Shown here piece by piece: positions 20,893-30,523 of a stretch of 64,000 nt of DNA. The DNA is taken from NCBI GenBank assembly GCA_964411375.1, contig CAYPKR010000001.1, positions 168,227 through 232,226 on the forward strand, read 5' to 3'. The notes below the pieces were generated by a model that saw nothing but the letters and a program-made list of their open reading frames with translations, was not told where the DNA came from and did not search any database. The stretch's first letter is position 1. Each line of letters begins with the position of its first letter. The translations under genes and the position numbers were made by a program. The DNA comes from an uncultured Candidatus Saccharibacteria bacterium (lineage in GTDB: Bacteria; Patescibacteriota; Minisyncoccia; Phycocordibacterales; UBA12088).

Positions 20893-21246
20893 ATGGCCCT
20901 CTTTAAAACAACAACTGAAAAAAATGCCAAGAAGGACGCAAAGGCGCATGCATCTTCGACGATTGATGCAGGTACAGTAATCGTGCGTCCACACATCACG
21001 GAAAAGGCAGCAATCAAGACTGGCGACAATGTCTATGTCTTTGAAATTTCTTCTCGCGCAACCAAGACTGAAGTCATGAAAGCGATCAATGCGCTCTACA
21101 AAGTCATGCCAATCAAGGTGAACATTGTTCGCAAGAGCCCGCTTACAGTTCCACAGCGTTCTCGTCGTGGCATGCCGGGCACCAAGAGTGGTATGAAGAA
21201 GGCATATGTCTACTTGAAGAAGGGAGACAAAATTGAATTTGTATAG
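20893..21246 (+). CDS. rplW: 50S ribosomal protein uL23
   Basis: PHITEKA, KKAYVYL; synteny. Confidence 0.97.
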   Translation: MALFKTTTEKNAKKDAKAHASSTIDAGTVIVRPHITEKAAIKTGDNVYVFEISSRATKTEVMKAINALYKVMPIKVNIVRKSPLTVPQRSRRGMPGTKSGMKKAYVYLKKGDKIEFV

Positions 21247-21255
21247 AACACTCGT

Positions 21256-22101
21256 ATGAAATCCTACAAGCCAACAAGTCCATCACGCCGCGGGATGACC
21301 AATCCAGATTATAAGCAATTGCTTTCTGGAAATCGTCCGCATAAAGCGCTCGTCAAAGGTGGTAAGCGCGACATGGGTCGCAACTCATTTGGTCGCATCA
21401 CTACTCGCCACAAGGGAGGAGGCAACAAGAAGCTTCAGCGCGATGTTGATTTTGTCTACAACAAGAAAAATATTGAAGCGAAAGTAGAATCGATCGAATT
21501 CGATCCAAACCGCACTGGTTTCATCGCACTCGTTTGCTATCGCGACGGAGAGCGACGCTACATTCTTGCGCCAAAGTCAGTAAAAGTTGGCGACACGATC
21601 ATTGCGTCTGAAACCGCACGCGTAAAGCCGGGCAATCGCCTTCCACTCTCGAAGATTCCCGTTGGAACATTCGTCTACAATGTTGAAATCAAACCAGGAA
21701 ATGGTGCGAAGATGGTTCGCTCTGCAGGAAACTATGCAGAAGTATCTGCACAAGACGGCGACTATACGCTCATAAAAATGCCATCAACTGAAGTTCGCCG
21801 ATTCCTCGGCACTGCATGGGCATCGGTTGGTGAAGTTTCAAATGATGAACATCATCTCGCGGTTGTTGGAAAAGCAGGACGCTCACGTCACAAGGGAATC
21901 CGCCCAACTGTTCGCGGTACCGTGATGAACCCAGTCGACCATCCACACGGAGGAGGCGAAGGAAAGGCAGGTCGTGGTCACCGCCGCGCACGCTCTATGT
22001 GGGGCAAGCCAACTGGCAAAGGTCACAAGACTCGAACGCCGAAGAAATACTCAAACTACCTCATCGTTTCTCGCCGCAAGGTCGGAAAGAAAAATAAATA
22101 A
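21256..22101 (+). CDS. rplB: 50S ribosomal protein uL2
   Basis: GRITTRHKGGG, DPNR, MNPVDHPHGGGEG. Confidence 0.99.
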   Translation: MKSYKPTSPSRRGMTNPDYKQLLSGNRPHKALVKGGKRDMGRNSFGRITTRHKGGGNKKLQRDVDFVYNKKNIEAKVESIEFDPNRTGFIALVCYRDGERRYILAPKSVKVGDTIIASETARVKPGNRLPLSKIPVGTFVYNVEIKPGNGAKMVRSAGNYAEVSAQDGDYTLIKMPSTEVRRFLGTAWASVGEVSNDEHHLAVVGKAGRSRHKGIRPTVRGTVMNPVDHPHGGGEGKAGRGHRRARSMWGKPTGKGHKTRTPKKYSNYLIVSRRKVGKKNK

Positions 22102-22155
22102 AACAGAACACGCCGACTCTCCCGAGTCGGCGCTTCGTTTCTGCTTTCCACTGGC

Positions 22156-22482
22156 TTATTCCAAAAGCTGCGGAGGAAATTCGATTTCCAATTTCTCTAA
22201 TTGTGCATTGAGACCGGTATCTTTTTTACGCAATCGTTCGATGCACTTGATGGCGTGGGCTATGGTCGTGTGATCACGCTCAAGTAGTCGCCCCAAAGAG
22301 TTAAGACTAATCGGTCTTCTATCCTTAACTAGGTGCCGACGTGCAATATAGATGGCAACATGTCGAGCGTGCACGATCGGAGCGGCTCGACTCACTCCCA
22401 TGATTTTATCTTCCGCAATCCAGAAATTCATGGATACTGCACGAATGATTCGTGCGAAAGCCCCATTTGGTTTCAAGGGCAT
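22156..22482 (-). CDS. Stand-alone DnaA C-terminal (domain IV) HTH protein
   Basis: SR...IVHARHVAIYIAR...SLNSLGRLLERDHTTIAHAIKCI matches the DnaA domain IV signature; no AAA+ domain. Confidence 0.85.
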   Translation of the reverse strand: MPLKPNGAFARIIRAVSMNFWIAEDKIMGVSRAAPIVHARHVAIYIARRHLVKDRRPISLNSLGRLLERDHTTIAHAIKCIERLRKKDTGLNAQLEKLEIEFPPQLLE

Positions 22483-22598
22483 TGCTCTCTATTCCGATTG
22501 TTTCAGATGACTTTCCACACTAAATCATAGGCAATTCTGCATTTCAAATACGCTATATAAAGTAATAGCCGCCGGCGCAATTGCGCCGGCGGCTTCCA

Positions 22599-23045
22599 TC
22601 AGCCATACCGTGCGACACCTTTACTGCGAAGTCTTCTTGCCGCGTTGACTACTGGTGTAGCGAGACGAACTGATGTGATTTCGTACGCCGAAACTAGGTT
22701 TGTATTCCTTCCGTTCGGATGAGGAATGCCGCGTGTCTCGACAAAGTTACCACAAAGCAGGTGGCGAATTGGATTTCCTTGACCCAACCTAAGGAAGGCA
22801 AAGATACCAGCCACTGATTGGGCACAGGCAAAATTTCGACGACATTTTCCTCTCCAGAAAAATAATTCGACGATTTCGCCGTTGATCAATCTCCTGACCT
22901 TAAGTATGCCTTCGTCTGAATACAGAACGTCTCCAACCCGCAAAGCATTTTCGGGAGAATTTGGAGGAAACTCCAGGGCGCTCCTCGCCAGAATCAGGTT
23001 CATGTACCCCACATCCCCGTTGGTGATACAAAGTCCATTTTGCAT
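22599..23045 (-). CDS. Hypothetical protein
   Basis: 148-aa ORF with a hairpin after the stop (~22568-22595). Confidence 0.55.
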   Translation of the reverse strand: MQNGLCITNGDVGYMNLILARSALEFPPNSPENALRVGDVLYSDEGILKVRRLINGEIVELFFWRGKCRRNFACAQSVAGIFAFLRLGQGNPIRHLLCGNFVETRGIPHPNGRNTNLVSAYEITSVRLATPVVNAARRLRSKGVARYG

Positions 23046-23141
23046 TAAAAACTATTTTGAAGATTTGTCAAAAATATAAAAAATACGCCCCCGAGCCGTG
23101 CTGGCTCGGGGTTCGATTGAAAGATCATCGGAATATGGCGG

Positions 23142-23489
23142 CTACACTTTTGCCATCGTCATACTTGATTCGGCGAGGGCAAATGCTGCGTCCACTGAAA
23201 AGGCGAGACGGTTCTGAAAGTTGTCTGGGAGCCGATAACTCTCTGAGATGTGGACCGAAACGCCAGAGAGGTCTTTTCCATCCAGCACTAGAATTCCTGC
23301 TCCCGTTCCACAGATCTCATCCAGCACCCCCTCAACAACCCCCCGAAAGGTGTAATAGTTTTGAATTTGTGGGCGCACCTTCTTTTTCCCGGTGGAGCGA
23401 GTCCTGACTGCGAATCGTACGAACGGTCCTGCCCCCCGCACCTTCTTGCGAGCGACAACCTCGAACTGGTGTCTCACAACAACTGCCAT
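23142..23489 (-). CDS. Hypothetical protein
   Basis: GGAGGAGAGG SD before ATG 23489; hairpin ~23088-23111 downstream. Confidence 0.55.
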   Translation of the reverse strand: MAVVVRHQFEVVARKKVRGAGPFVRFAVRTRSTGKKKVRPQIQNYYTFRGVVEGVLDEICGTGAGILVLDGKDLSGVSVHISESYRLPDNFQNRLAFSVDAAFALAESSMTMAKV

Positions 23490-23585
23490 CCTCTCCTCCA
23501 TCACGATGGGCCAGGTATAATTCAACATTTTTGTCTCTTTATGTCAAATTCTCGCCCGCCCTAATTTGGCCCCGGAGTGCGCGGT

Positions 23586-23614
23586 TTGACAGGGAGGGGG
23601 CTTTCCCGTACTAT
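23586..23614 (+). promoter_or_regulatory. Promoter for rpsS-rplE
   Basis: TTGACA-17 bp-TACTAT. Confidence 0.75.
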
Positions 23615-23653
23615 GCTTCCCAAGCTCTCTCGCGAGCTATTTTCTTTACTGCA

Positions 23654-24007
23654 ATGACACGATCGCTCAAAAAAGGCCCATATGTCGAAGCACGACTCCT
23701 CAAGAAAATTGAGGGTAAAAAGCCTGGAACAGGTGGTGCTATTAAGACGTGGTCACGCCGCTCGCAGATCTCCCCTGAAATGGTCGGCTTTATCTTTGGT
23801 GTTCACAACGGAAAAGATCATATTCCCGTTTTGATCAGTGAAGAAATGGTCGGTCATCGACTTGGTGAATTTGCTCCAACGACCAAATTCGTTCGTCACG
23901 GAGGTAAGATGCAGAAGGAACTTGAAACCAAGAAGAAAGAGGGTGAAATTGCTGCTGCAAAGGCTGCAAAGGCACCACCTGCGGCTGCACCTGGCGCAAA
24001 GAAATAA
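23654..24007 (+). CDS. rpsS: 30S ribosomal protein uS19
   Basis: [26 protein letters not shown]. Confidence 0.98.
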   Translation: MTRSLKKGPYVEARLLKKIEGKKPGTGGAIKTWSRRSQISPEMVGFIFGVHNGKDHIPVLISEEMVGHRLGEFAPTTKFVRHGGKMQKELETKKKEGEIAAAKAAKAPPAAAPGAKK

Positions 24008-24019
24008 TTTTGAATCTCC

Positions 24020-24451
24020 ATGAAAGCGTTTCTTAAAAACTATCGTCATGCTCCCCGCAAAGTCCGCCTCGTAACTGACGCGGTTAAGGGTAAGCGTGCT
24101 GACCAGGCGCTCACGGAGCTTAGTCATGCAAACAAGAAGGGTGCAGACCAGATTGCAAAACTCATTGCGTCTGCGGTTGCGAATGCAAAAGTCGCTGATT
24201 CAAAGATCAGCGCAAGCGAGCTTGTTATCTCGAACATTACTGTTGATCAGGGAATCGTGATGAAGCGCTTCACTCCTCGTGCACGCGGTCGCGCATTTCC
24301 AATCAAGCGTGAGTCATCGCATGTTCGCGTTGAACTTACGAAGGTGGGAGGAGAGAAAGCTCCAAAAGCAAAAGCTGTAAAGGCAGAGGCACCAGCTTCT
24401 GAAGCGAAGCCAAAGACCGTTCGTAAGCCACGAGCGAAGAAAGCGCAATAA
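24020..24451 (+). CDS. rplV: 50S ribosomal protein uL22
   Basis: PRKVRLV, SAVANA, PRARGRA. Confidence 0.98.
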   Translation: MKAFLKNYRHAPRKVRLVTDAVKGKRADQALTELSHANKKGADQIAKLIASAVANAKVADSKISASELVISNITVDQGIVMKRFTPRARGRAFPIKRESSHVRVELTKVGGEKAPKAKAVKAEAPASEAKPKTVRKPRAKKAQ

Positions 24452-24483
24452 TAATTTCTGGAATTTCTGAATTTTCAAATACC

Positions 24484-25233
24484 ATGACACACATTGTCCA
24501 CCCATATTCACATCGCCTCGGCATCATCCGCGAATGGAAGTCGCGCTGGTTTGCACCAAACACGAAAGTGTTTGCAGAATATTTGAAGTGCGACACGATG
24601 CTTCGCGAATATTTGAACAAGCGACTCCGCGGCATGTACACGGGTGCTTTGGAGATTGAACGCTCGGGCAATGTGCTCCGCATCATCATCAAGACGTCTC
24701 GTCCCGGCATGATCATCGGACGCTCCGGAGAGGGATCAGTAAAACTCAAGGCTGATATCGAAAAGACGCTTCGCAAGCTCAAGCTCGCTGAAATGCCTGA
24801 AATCAAAGTGGATGTCGAAGAAATTCGCAATCCAGAATCAAATGCAAACATTGTCGCCTACATGATTGCTGAAGGACTCGAAAAGCGTCTTCCATTCCGT
24901 CGTGTGATGAAACAGACGGTTGAGAAGGTTATGGCGAACCGTGAAGTACTCGGTGTGCGCATTGTTCTCGCTGGTCGCCTTGGTGGTGCTGAAATGTCAC
25001 GTCGCGAAGAATTGAAGCGTGGACGAATTCCACTTCAGACGCTCCGTGCGGATATCGATTTCAAGCGTGAAGAAGCATTTCTTCCATACGGAAAAATCGG
25101 CATCAAGGTATGGATCTACCGTGGCGATATCTTTGAAGGTATGGAGCGCCCAACTGAATCGCATGCACCACGCCCTCAGCACGCCCGCAATGAGCGAAGT
25201 GAACGCACTCGTGGAGGAGAACGAAAGCGATAA
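24484..25233 (+). CDS. rpsC: 30S ribosomal protein uS3
   Basis: RLGI, RPGMIIGR, GRLGGAE, PLQTLRADID. Confidence 0.98.
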   Translation: MTHIVHPYSHRLGIIREWKSRWFAPNTKVFAEYLKCDTMLREYLNKRLRGMYTGALEIERSGNVLRIIIKTSRPGMIIGRSGEGSVKLKADIEKTLRKLKLAEMPEIKVDVEEIRNPESNANIVAYMIAEGLEKRLPFRRVMKQTVEKVMANREVLGVRIVLAGRLGGAEMSRREELKRGRIPLQTLRADIDFKREEAFLPYGKIGIKVWIYRGDIFEGMERPTESHAPRPQHARNERSERTRGGERKR

Positions 25234-25242
25234 TCAACCGAT

Positions 25243-25668
25243 ATGCTATTTCCTAAGAAAGTAAAATTCAGAAAGTGGCAGCGTCAGCGCAAAAATCCGA
25301 ACTCGATTGGTTCGGCAACGCGCGGAACACATTTGGCATTTGGTTCATTCGGCATGAAGTCAGTTACCTATGCACGCGTACGCTCGAATCAAATCGAAGC
25401 GGCTCGTAAGGTTATTGCTCGTCACCTCGGTAAAACTGGTCGCACATGGATTCGCATTTTCCCTGATCGCCCATGGACACAGAAGGCAGCAGAAGTGGGA
25501 ATGGGTAAGGGAAAGGGAGATCTTCAGGGCTTCGAGTTTGAAGTGCTTCCTGGACGCCTTCTTTTCGAAGTTGATGGTATTCCAGAAAAAGTAGCGATGG
25601 AAGCGCTCATTCAGGCATCGTCGAAATTGCCGGTAAAGACAAAGATTGTCAGCCGTAAGGTTTCCTAG
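25243..25668 (+). CDS. rplP: 50S ribosomal protein uL16
   Basis: QIEAAR, WIRIFPD, MGKGKG, KLPVK. Confidence 0.98.
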   Translation: MLFPKKVKFRKWQRQRKNPNSIGSATRGTHLAFGSFGMKSVTYARVRSNQIEAARKVIARHLGKTGRTWIRIFPDRPWTQKAAEVGMGKGKGDLQGFEFEVLPGRLLFEVDGIPEKVAMEALIQASSKLPVKTKIVSRKVS

Positions 25669-25672
25669 TACT

Positions 25673-25855
25673 ATGGCCACCGACCTCAAGAACAAAACAG
25701 CGGAAGAGCTCACGAAGCTTCTCGGAGAGAAGCGCGAGGGGCTCCGAAGTTTCCGGTTCGGCACCACCGGTGCAGGGGCAAAGAACGTAAAGGAAGGAGC
25801 GAATCTTCGCCGAGAAATCGCGCGAATCATGACTGAACTTTCCTCACGCAAATAA
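25673..25855 (+). CDS. rpmC: 50S ribosomal protein uL29
   Basis: RREIARIMT; synteny. Confidence 0.93.
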   Translation: MATDLKNKTAEELTKLLGEKREGLRSFRFGTTGAGAKNVKEGANLRREIARIMTELSSRK

Positions 25856-25860
25856 TTTGT

Positions 25861-26124
25861 ATGAAAGCAGCAACGACAGAAAAGAATACTGAAGTAAAAG
25901 GCAAGCGCCTCACAGGTGTTGTCATTTCTTCGAAGATGAAAGACACCATTGTTGTGTCGGTTTCACGCTATGTGAAGCATCCAAAATATAAGAAGTTCAT
26001 CAAGCGCTCGAAGAAGTTCCATGTGCATGATCCCGGAAACACCACTGAAGTCGGTACAAAGGTAACGATTCGCGAAGTTCGCCCAATTTCAAAGACAAAG
26101 AATTTCGTCGTAGACCATAAGTAA
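25861..26124 (+). CDS. rpsQ: 30S ribosomal protein uS17
   Basis: GVVIS.KMKDTIVV, HPKY, RPISKTK. Confidence 0.97.
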   Translation: MKAATTEKNTEVKGKRLTGVVISSKMKDTIVVSVSRYVKHPKYKKFIKRSKKFHVHDPGNTTEVGTKVTIREVRPISKTKNFVVDHK

Positions 26125-26133
26125 TTTAGGAAC

Positions 26134-26505
26134 ATGATTCAGCCACGCTCACTCGTCACTGTTGCAGATAACTCCGGCGCAAAGATCGGACGCGTCTTCA
26201 AGGTTCTCGGCGGTTCGAAGAAGCGCTATGCAGAAATCGGCGACATCGTTGTCTTCTCAGTACAAACGGCAGAACCACGCAAAATGGTGAAGAAGAAGGA
26301 TGTACACTATGGACTCGTTGTTCGTCAGAAGAAGGCAATCCGCCGCAAGGATGGTTCGTACATCCGCTTCGATGAGAATGCAGTCGTGATTATGGAAAAG
26401 GGAAAGCCAGAACCAAAGGCAGGACGCATCTTCGGTCCAATTCCTCGAGAAATTGCAGAACTCGGCTACCAAACTATCATCTCAAAGGCTGCTGAAGTCG
26501 TATAA
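26134..26505 (+). CDS. rplN: 50S ribosomal protein uL14
   Basis: VADNSGAK, RFDENAVV, RIFGP. Confidence 0.98.
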   Translation: MIQPRSLVTVADNSGAKIGRVFKVLGGSKKRYAEIGDIVVFSVQTAEPRKMVKKKDVHYGLVVRQKKAIRRKDGSYIRFDENAVVIMEKGKPEPKAGRIFGPIPREIAELGYQTIISKAAEVV

Positions 26506-26509
26506 CATC

Positions 26510-26821
26510 ATGAGCAAGATCAAGAAAGGCGACAAAGTAATAGTGACTGCAGGAAAGGACAAGGGAAAGACTGGATCGGTTCTTCGCGTTATTCCGAAGG
26601 AAAATCGAGTGCTCGTCGAAGGTGTTAATGTCCGCAAGAAGCACTTAAAGGCAAAGAAGACCGGTCAGAAAGGTCAGATTGTTGATTTGGCACTCCCAAT
26701 TCACATCTCGAATGTTTCTATTTTTGATGAAAAGACTAAGAAGGCGACTCGTGTTCACTTCAAGACTGAAGGAGATAAAAAGGTTCGCGTCAGTGTAAAG
26801 AGTGCCGCGATACTCAAGTAG
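26510..26821 (+). CDS. rplX: 50S ribosomal protein uL24
   Basis: KKGDKV.V.AGKDKGK.G, PIHISNV. Confidence 0.98.
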   Translation: MSKIKKGDKVIVTAGKDKGKTGSVLRVIPKENRVLVEGVNVRKKHLKAKKTGQKGQIVDLALPIHISNVSIFDEKTKKATRVHFKTEGDKKVRVSVKSAAILK

Positions 26822-26838
26822 TTTGATAATCCACGAAT

Positions 26839-27372
26839 ATGAATACGGTTCAGGAACAAACAAAAACTGCATATGAAGCCCTCAAGGCAGATTTTGGCTA
26901 CAAGAATAAAATGCAGTCACCAAAATTGGTGAAAGTAGTCATTTCGGTTGGTACTGGTTCGGTAAAAGACAAGGAGCGACCGAAGGTCATCCAGGATCGT
27001 CTTGCTAAGATCACTGGTCAAAAGCCAGCAGCTCGCCAGGCAAAGAAGGCTATCGCGTCGTTTAAGACTCGAACGGGAATGGTGATCGGCTACCAAGTAA
27101 CACTTCGTGGCGCCCGCATGTATGATTTTGTTAACAAACTCATCCACATTGCACTTCCTCGTACTCGCGACTTCCGTGGACTCTCGGTTAAATCAATCGA
27201 CGGCATGGGCAACTACACGCTCGGCATCAAAGAGCACACCATTTTCCCTGAAACCTCCGATGAAGATTTGAAGGACGTATTCGGTCTTGCTATTACCTTG
27301 GTAACAACCGCAAAGACCAAGAAAGAAGCCGAAATGTATCTCCGTCACATCGGACTTCCTCTTCAGAAATAA
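26839..27372 (+). CDS. rplE: 50S ribosomal protein uL5
   Basis: ITGQKP, VTLRG, LPRTRDFRG, GNYTLG. Confidence 0.98.
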   Translation: MNTVQEQTKTAYEALKADFGYKNKMQSPKLVKVVISVGTGSVKDKERPKVIQDRLAKITGQKPAARQAKKAIASFKTRTGMVIGYQVTLRGARMYDFVNKLIHIALPRTRDFRGLSVKSIDGMGNYTLGIKEHTIFPETSDEDLKDVFGLAITLVTTAKTKKEAEMYLRHIGLPLQK

Positions 27373-27499
27373 TTCACAGTCAACCGCGTACTATAAATGG
27401 TGCCCGTACGAGATCGTCGCTCGTGCGGGCATCGCGGTTTTTGCTGGCGCAGTTGTACGCAATCTGCTACAAATGCTTTGAAACTACAGAAAGGTTCTT

Positions 27500-27772
27500 T
27501 TGATGCCACGCATACGTAGTCGACCTATACGTAAATATCATCCGGGTCAGTACTACGCCAGTCTCCGCAAGAGGGCACGACGATATGTATCTCGAGCAAA
27601 GCTTGCCGCTGCACGGTACACCGCGTGCGGGAGCGATCATACGGTACATACCCCAATCCCGTCATTTCGAGACCATTGGCCAAACGATACCAGGGAGCAG
27701 GTACTTGCTCGACGACCACCTCCCGCTCCTGTTCAGCAGATAGAGTCGGTACGGTACCGCTATTGGTTTTGA
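27500..27772 (+). CDS. Hypothetical Arg-rich protein between rplE and rpsN
   Basis: GAAAGGT SD-like site; hairpins on both sides (~27400-27432, 27794-27815). Confidence 0.4.
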   Translation: MMPRIRSRPIRKYHPGQYYASLRKRARRYVSRAKLAAARYTACGSDHTVHTPIPSFRDHWPNDTREQVLARRPPPAPVQQIESVRYRYWF

Positions 27773-27834
27773 GTCGATAGACCCGCTTATACTGCCGCCG
27801 GCCTCAGCCGGCGGCGCTCTGTTTTAGGCTTTGT

Positions 27835-27863
27835 TTGACAGGGTATACTCTGACTGATACTAT
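27835..27863 (+). promoter_or_regulatory. Promoter for rpsN-secY
   Basis: TTGACA-17 bp-TACTAT. Confidence 0.75.
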
Positions 27864-27901
27864 GTCCCGAAGCTCGCTTAGGGCTTTCTTTTTTATCCTG
27901 T

Positions 27902-28087
27902 ATGGCAAAGACGTCAGTCAAAGTTCGCGCAAGCCGCGCACCAAAATTCAAGAGCCGCGTCGTACGACGTTGTTTTCGATGTGGTCGCAAGCATGCCTTT
28001 ATGCGCGATTTCGGACTTTGCCGCATCTGTTTCCGCGAACAGGCAAACGAAGGAAATATCCCTGGAATCAAGAAATCATCATGGTAA
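27902..28087 (+). CDS. rpsN: 30S ribosomal protein uS14 (zinc-binding type)
   Basis: [21 protein letters not shown]. Confidence 0.97.
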   Translation: MAKTSVKVRASRAPKFKSRVVRRCFRCGRKHAFMRDFGLCRICFREQANEGNIPGIKKSSW

Positions 28088-28476
28088 CCGACCCTGTAGC
28101 AGACCTCGTAACGCAGATCAACAATGCCAGCCGTGTCGGCAAGGCGGTTGTCTCTCTTCCATATTCAGCACTTAAGCTCGCAATCGCACTTAAGCTTGCG
28201 GAAGCTGGCTACGTAAAGGCAGCGGTAAAGCATGGCAAGAAAGCCAAGAAAAATCTTGATATCGAACTCCTCTACGATAAGAACGGAAATCCTCGCATCG
28301 AAAAGATGACCCGCGTTTCAAAGCCGGGAAAGCGTGTCTACGAAAAAGCAGCAAATTTGCACACCGTTCGTGGCGGCAAGGGTGCACTTTTCCTCTCAAC
28401 TCCGAAAGGAATTATGACTGGTCGTGAGGCGCGCAAAGAAAATGTCGGCGGCGAAGCCCTCTTTACGGTTTGGTAA
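28081..28476 (+). CDS. rpsH: 30S ribosomal protein uS8
   Basis: [28 protein letters not shown]. Confidence 0.98.
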   Translation: MVTDPVADLVTQINNASRVGKAVVSLPYSALKLAIALKLAEAGYVKAAVKHGKKAKKNLDIELLYDKNGNPRIEKMTRVSKPGKRVYEKAANLHTVRGGKGALFLSTPKGIMTGREARKENVGGEALFTVW

Positions 28477-28482
28477 AAAATC

Positions 28483-29028
28483 ATGAGCAGAATTGGCAAA
28501 CAAATCATTTCGATTCCCGCACAAACAACCGTTCAGGTTGTTGACGGGATTTTGTCTGTCAAAGGTCCTTTGGGGCAGCTTTCTCGTCCGGTCAAAGATA
28601 CGATCACGATCAAGGTTGAAGCAAACGAAGTAACGTTTGTTCCAAAGGGTGGCGAACCAAAAGATAAGGCAGAGCGCGCACTCTGGGGAACCTACGCATC
28701 TCATGTGCAGAACATGATCGCAGGTGTTAACAAGCCATTTGAAAAGAAACTTATTCTTGAAGGCATCGGCTATCGCTCTGAAGTACAGGGCAAGGACATG
28801 GTCATGAACCTCGGTTTTTCACATCAGGTTCGCATGCCGATTCCTGAAGGAATCAAGGTTGCGGTTGAAAAATCAGCAATCACCGTTACTGGTATCAGCA
28901 AAGAAGATGTTGGTGCATTTGCCGCAAAACTTCGCGAACAGAAACCCCCAGAACCATACAAGGGTAAGGGAATGCGCTACGACGGTGAAGTAATTCGCCG
29001 CAAGCAAGGTAAGAAATCAACCGCATAG
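28483..29028 (+). CDS. rplF: 50S ribosomal protein uL6
   Basis: MSRIGK, LGFSH, PEPYKGKG. Confidence 0.98.
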   Translation: MSRIGKQIISIPAQTTVQVVDGILSVKGPLGQLSRPVKDTITIKVEANEVTFVPKGGEPKDKAERALWGTYASHVQNMIAGVNKPFEKKLILEGIGYRSEVQGKDMVMNLGFSHQVRMPIPEGIKVAVEKSAITVTGISKEDVGAFAAKLREQKPPEPYKGKGMRYDGEVIRRKQGKKSTA

Positions 29029-29042
29029 TTTTTGATATTTCC

Positions 29043-29396
29043 ATGCAAACGAAAGCGACTACAAAAAAAGAAAAGAGAATCGTTCGCCACAAGCGAATCC
29101 GTGCGCGTGTTTCTGGTACCGGAGATAAACCTCGCCTCGCACTCTTTAAGTCAAACCGCGCCGTATCAGTACAGCTTATCGATGATTCGAAAGGAATCAC
29201 GATCGCATCAGCTACTTCCACGAAAGAAACGAAAGGTACGCTTTCTGAAAAAGGGAAGGCAGTTGGTATCGCGATTGCGAAAGCAGCAGCAGGAAAGAAG
29301 ATTACTCACGCAGTGTTCGATCGCGGGGGCTTCCTCTACGCAGGCGTAGTGAAGGCAGTTGCGGATGGTGCACGAGAAGGTGGACTCACTCTATAA
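29043..29396 (+). CDS. rplR: 50S ribosomal protein uL18
   Basis: PRL, VFDRGGFLY.G, AREGGL. Confidence 0.97.
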   Translation: MQTKATTKKEKRIVRHKRIRARVSGTGDKPRLALFKSNRAVSVQLIDDSKGITIASATSTKETKGTLSEKGKAVGIAIAKAAAGKKITHAVFDRGGFLYAGVVKAVADGAREGGLTL

Positions 29397-29402
29397 AAAG
29401 AT

Positions 29403-30011
29403 ATGGCAGACGAAATCCTTACAACTGAAGAAATGATCGAAACTCCAGTCATGGTGGCTGATGAAGCAGTTGAAGTCGCTCCATCTTCTGACGACTCAAA
29501 AGGTCGAGGAGATCGTGGTGGTCGCTTCACCAAGAACCGTCGTGAGAACCGCACACGTCGCCCAACTCGCGAACGTGTTCGTCCAGAATTTGATCAGAAA
29601 ATGATTTCTATTCGTCGTGTTGCTCGTGTTACGTCTGGAGGACGTCGTTTCAGCTTCTCTGTTGCACTCGTTGCCGGAGACAAGCGTGGACGTGTTGGTG
29701 TTGGTCTTGGAAAGGCAGGCGATACTTCGCTCGCAATTGAAAAGGCACTCCGCGCCGCAAAAAAGGCAATGATCACCGTAAATCTCACTGACAACAAATC
29801 AATTCCGCACGAAATTGACGGCAAGTACGCAAGCGCACGCATTCACATGCGCCCAGCACCCGGTCGTGGACTCGTTGCTGGTTCTGCTGCACGCACCGTT
29901 CTTGAACTTGCTGGTATCACCGATGTTTCTGCAAAAATTCTTTCGGGAAGCAAGAATCGTCTTTCAAATGCGATGGTTGCGATTGAAGCTTTGAAAAAAG
30001 TGCAAGCGTAA
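29403..30011 (+). CDS. rpsE: 30S ribosomal protein uS5
   Basis: RVARVTSGGRRFSF, VGVGLGKA, PAPG.G.VAG. Confidence 0.98.
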   Translation: MADEILTTEEMIETPVMVADEAVEVAPSSDDSKGRGDRGGRFTKNRRENRTRRPTRERVRPEFDQKMISIRRVARVTSGGRRFSFSVALVAGDKRGRVGVGLGKAGDTSLAIEKALRAAKKAMITVNLTDNKSIPHEIDGKYASARIHMRPAPGRGLVAGSAARTVLELAGITDVSAKILSGSKNRLSNAMVAIEALKKVQA

Positions 30012-30037
30012 TCCAAACCTAATATTTGCAAACGAAC

Positions 30038-30487
30038 ATGGAACAAACGACTATTACAAAACGACATCCAAACACTGAAGCGCGCCGCGTAGGACGTGGT
30101 GGAAAGCGTGGCAAAACATCGGGTCGCGGCGGAAAAGGACAGACTGCACGTGCCGGACATCGCAAGCGCCCTGAAATGCGAGACACGATCAAGCGCCTTC
30201 CAAAGCGCCGTGGCTACGGCAAAAATCGCGCCCACACCGTAAATAATGCACGTGCTCGTGCACAGGCGGTGAATCTTCACTTGCTTGAAGATATCGTTGC
30301 GGTAGGGGACACTGTTTCGCCATCATATTTGGTTGCGCATGGTGTTCTTGTCGCACGTGGCGGTAAGATGCCAATCGTAAAGATTCTTGGTGTCGGTGCA
30401 TTTTCGAAAAAGATTACCGTGTCAGGTTGTTCAGTTTCAGATACTGCAAAAGCAGCAATTGAAAAGGCTGGCGGCACTGTTCTGTAG
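30038..30487 (+). CDS. rplO: 50S ribosomal protein uL15
   Basis: RVGRGGKRGKTSGRGGKGQTARAG, IEKAGG. Confidence 0.97.
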   Translation: MEQTTITKRHPNTEARRVGRGGKRGKTSGRGGKGQTARAGHRKRPEMRDTIKRLPKRRGYGKNRAHTVNNARARAQAVNLHLLEDIVAVGDTVSPSYLVAHGVLVARGGKMPIVKILGVGAFSKKITVSGCSVSDTAKAAIEKAGGTVL

Positions 30488-30523
30488 GATTTAGTTTGCG
30501 TGTTATTTTCTTCATTTCCGTAC

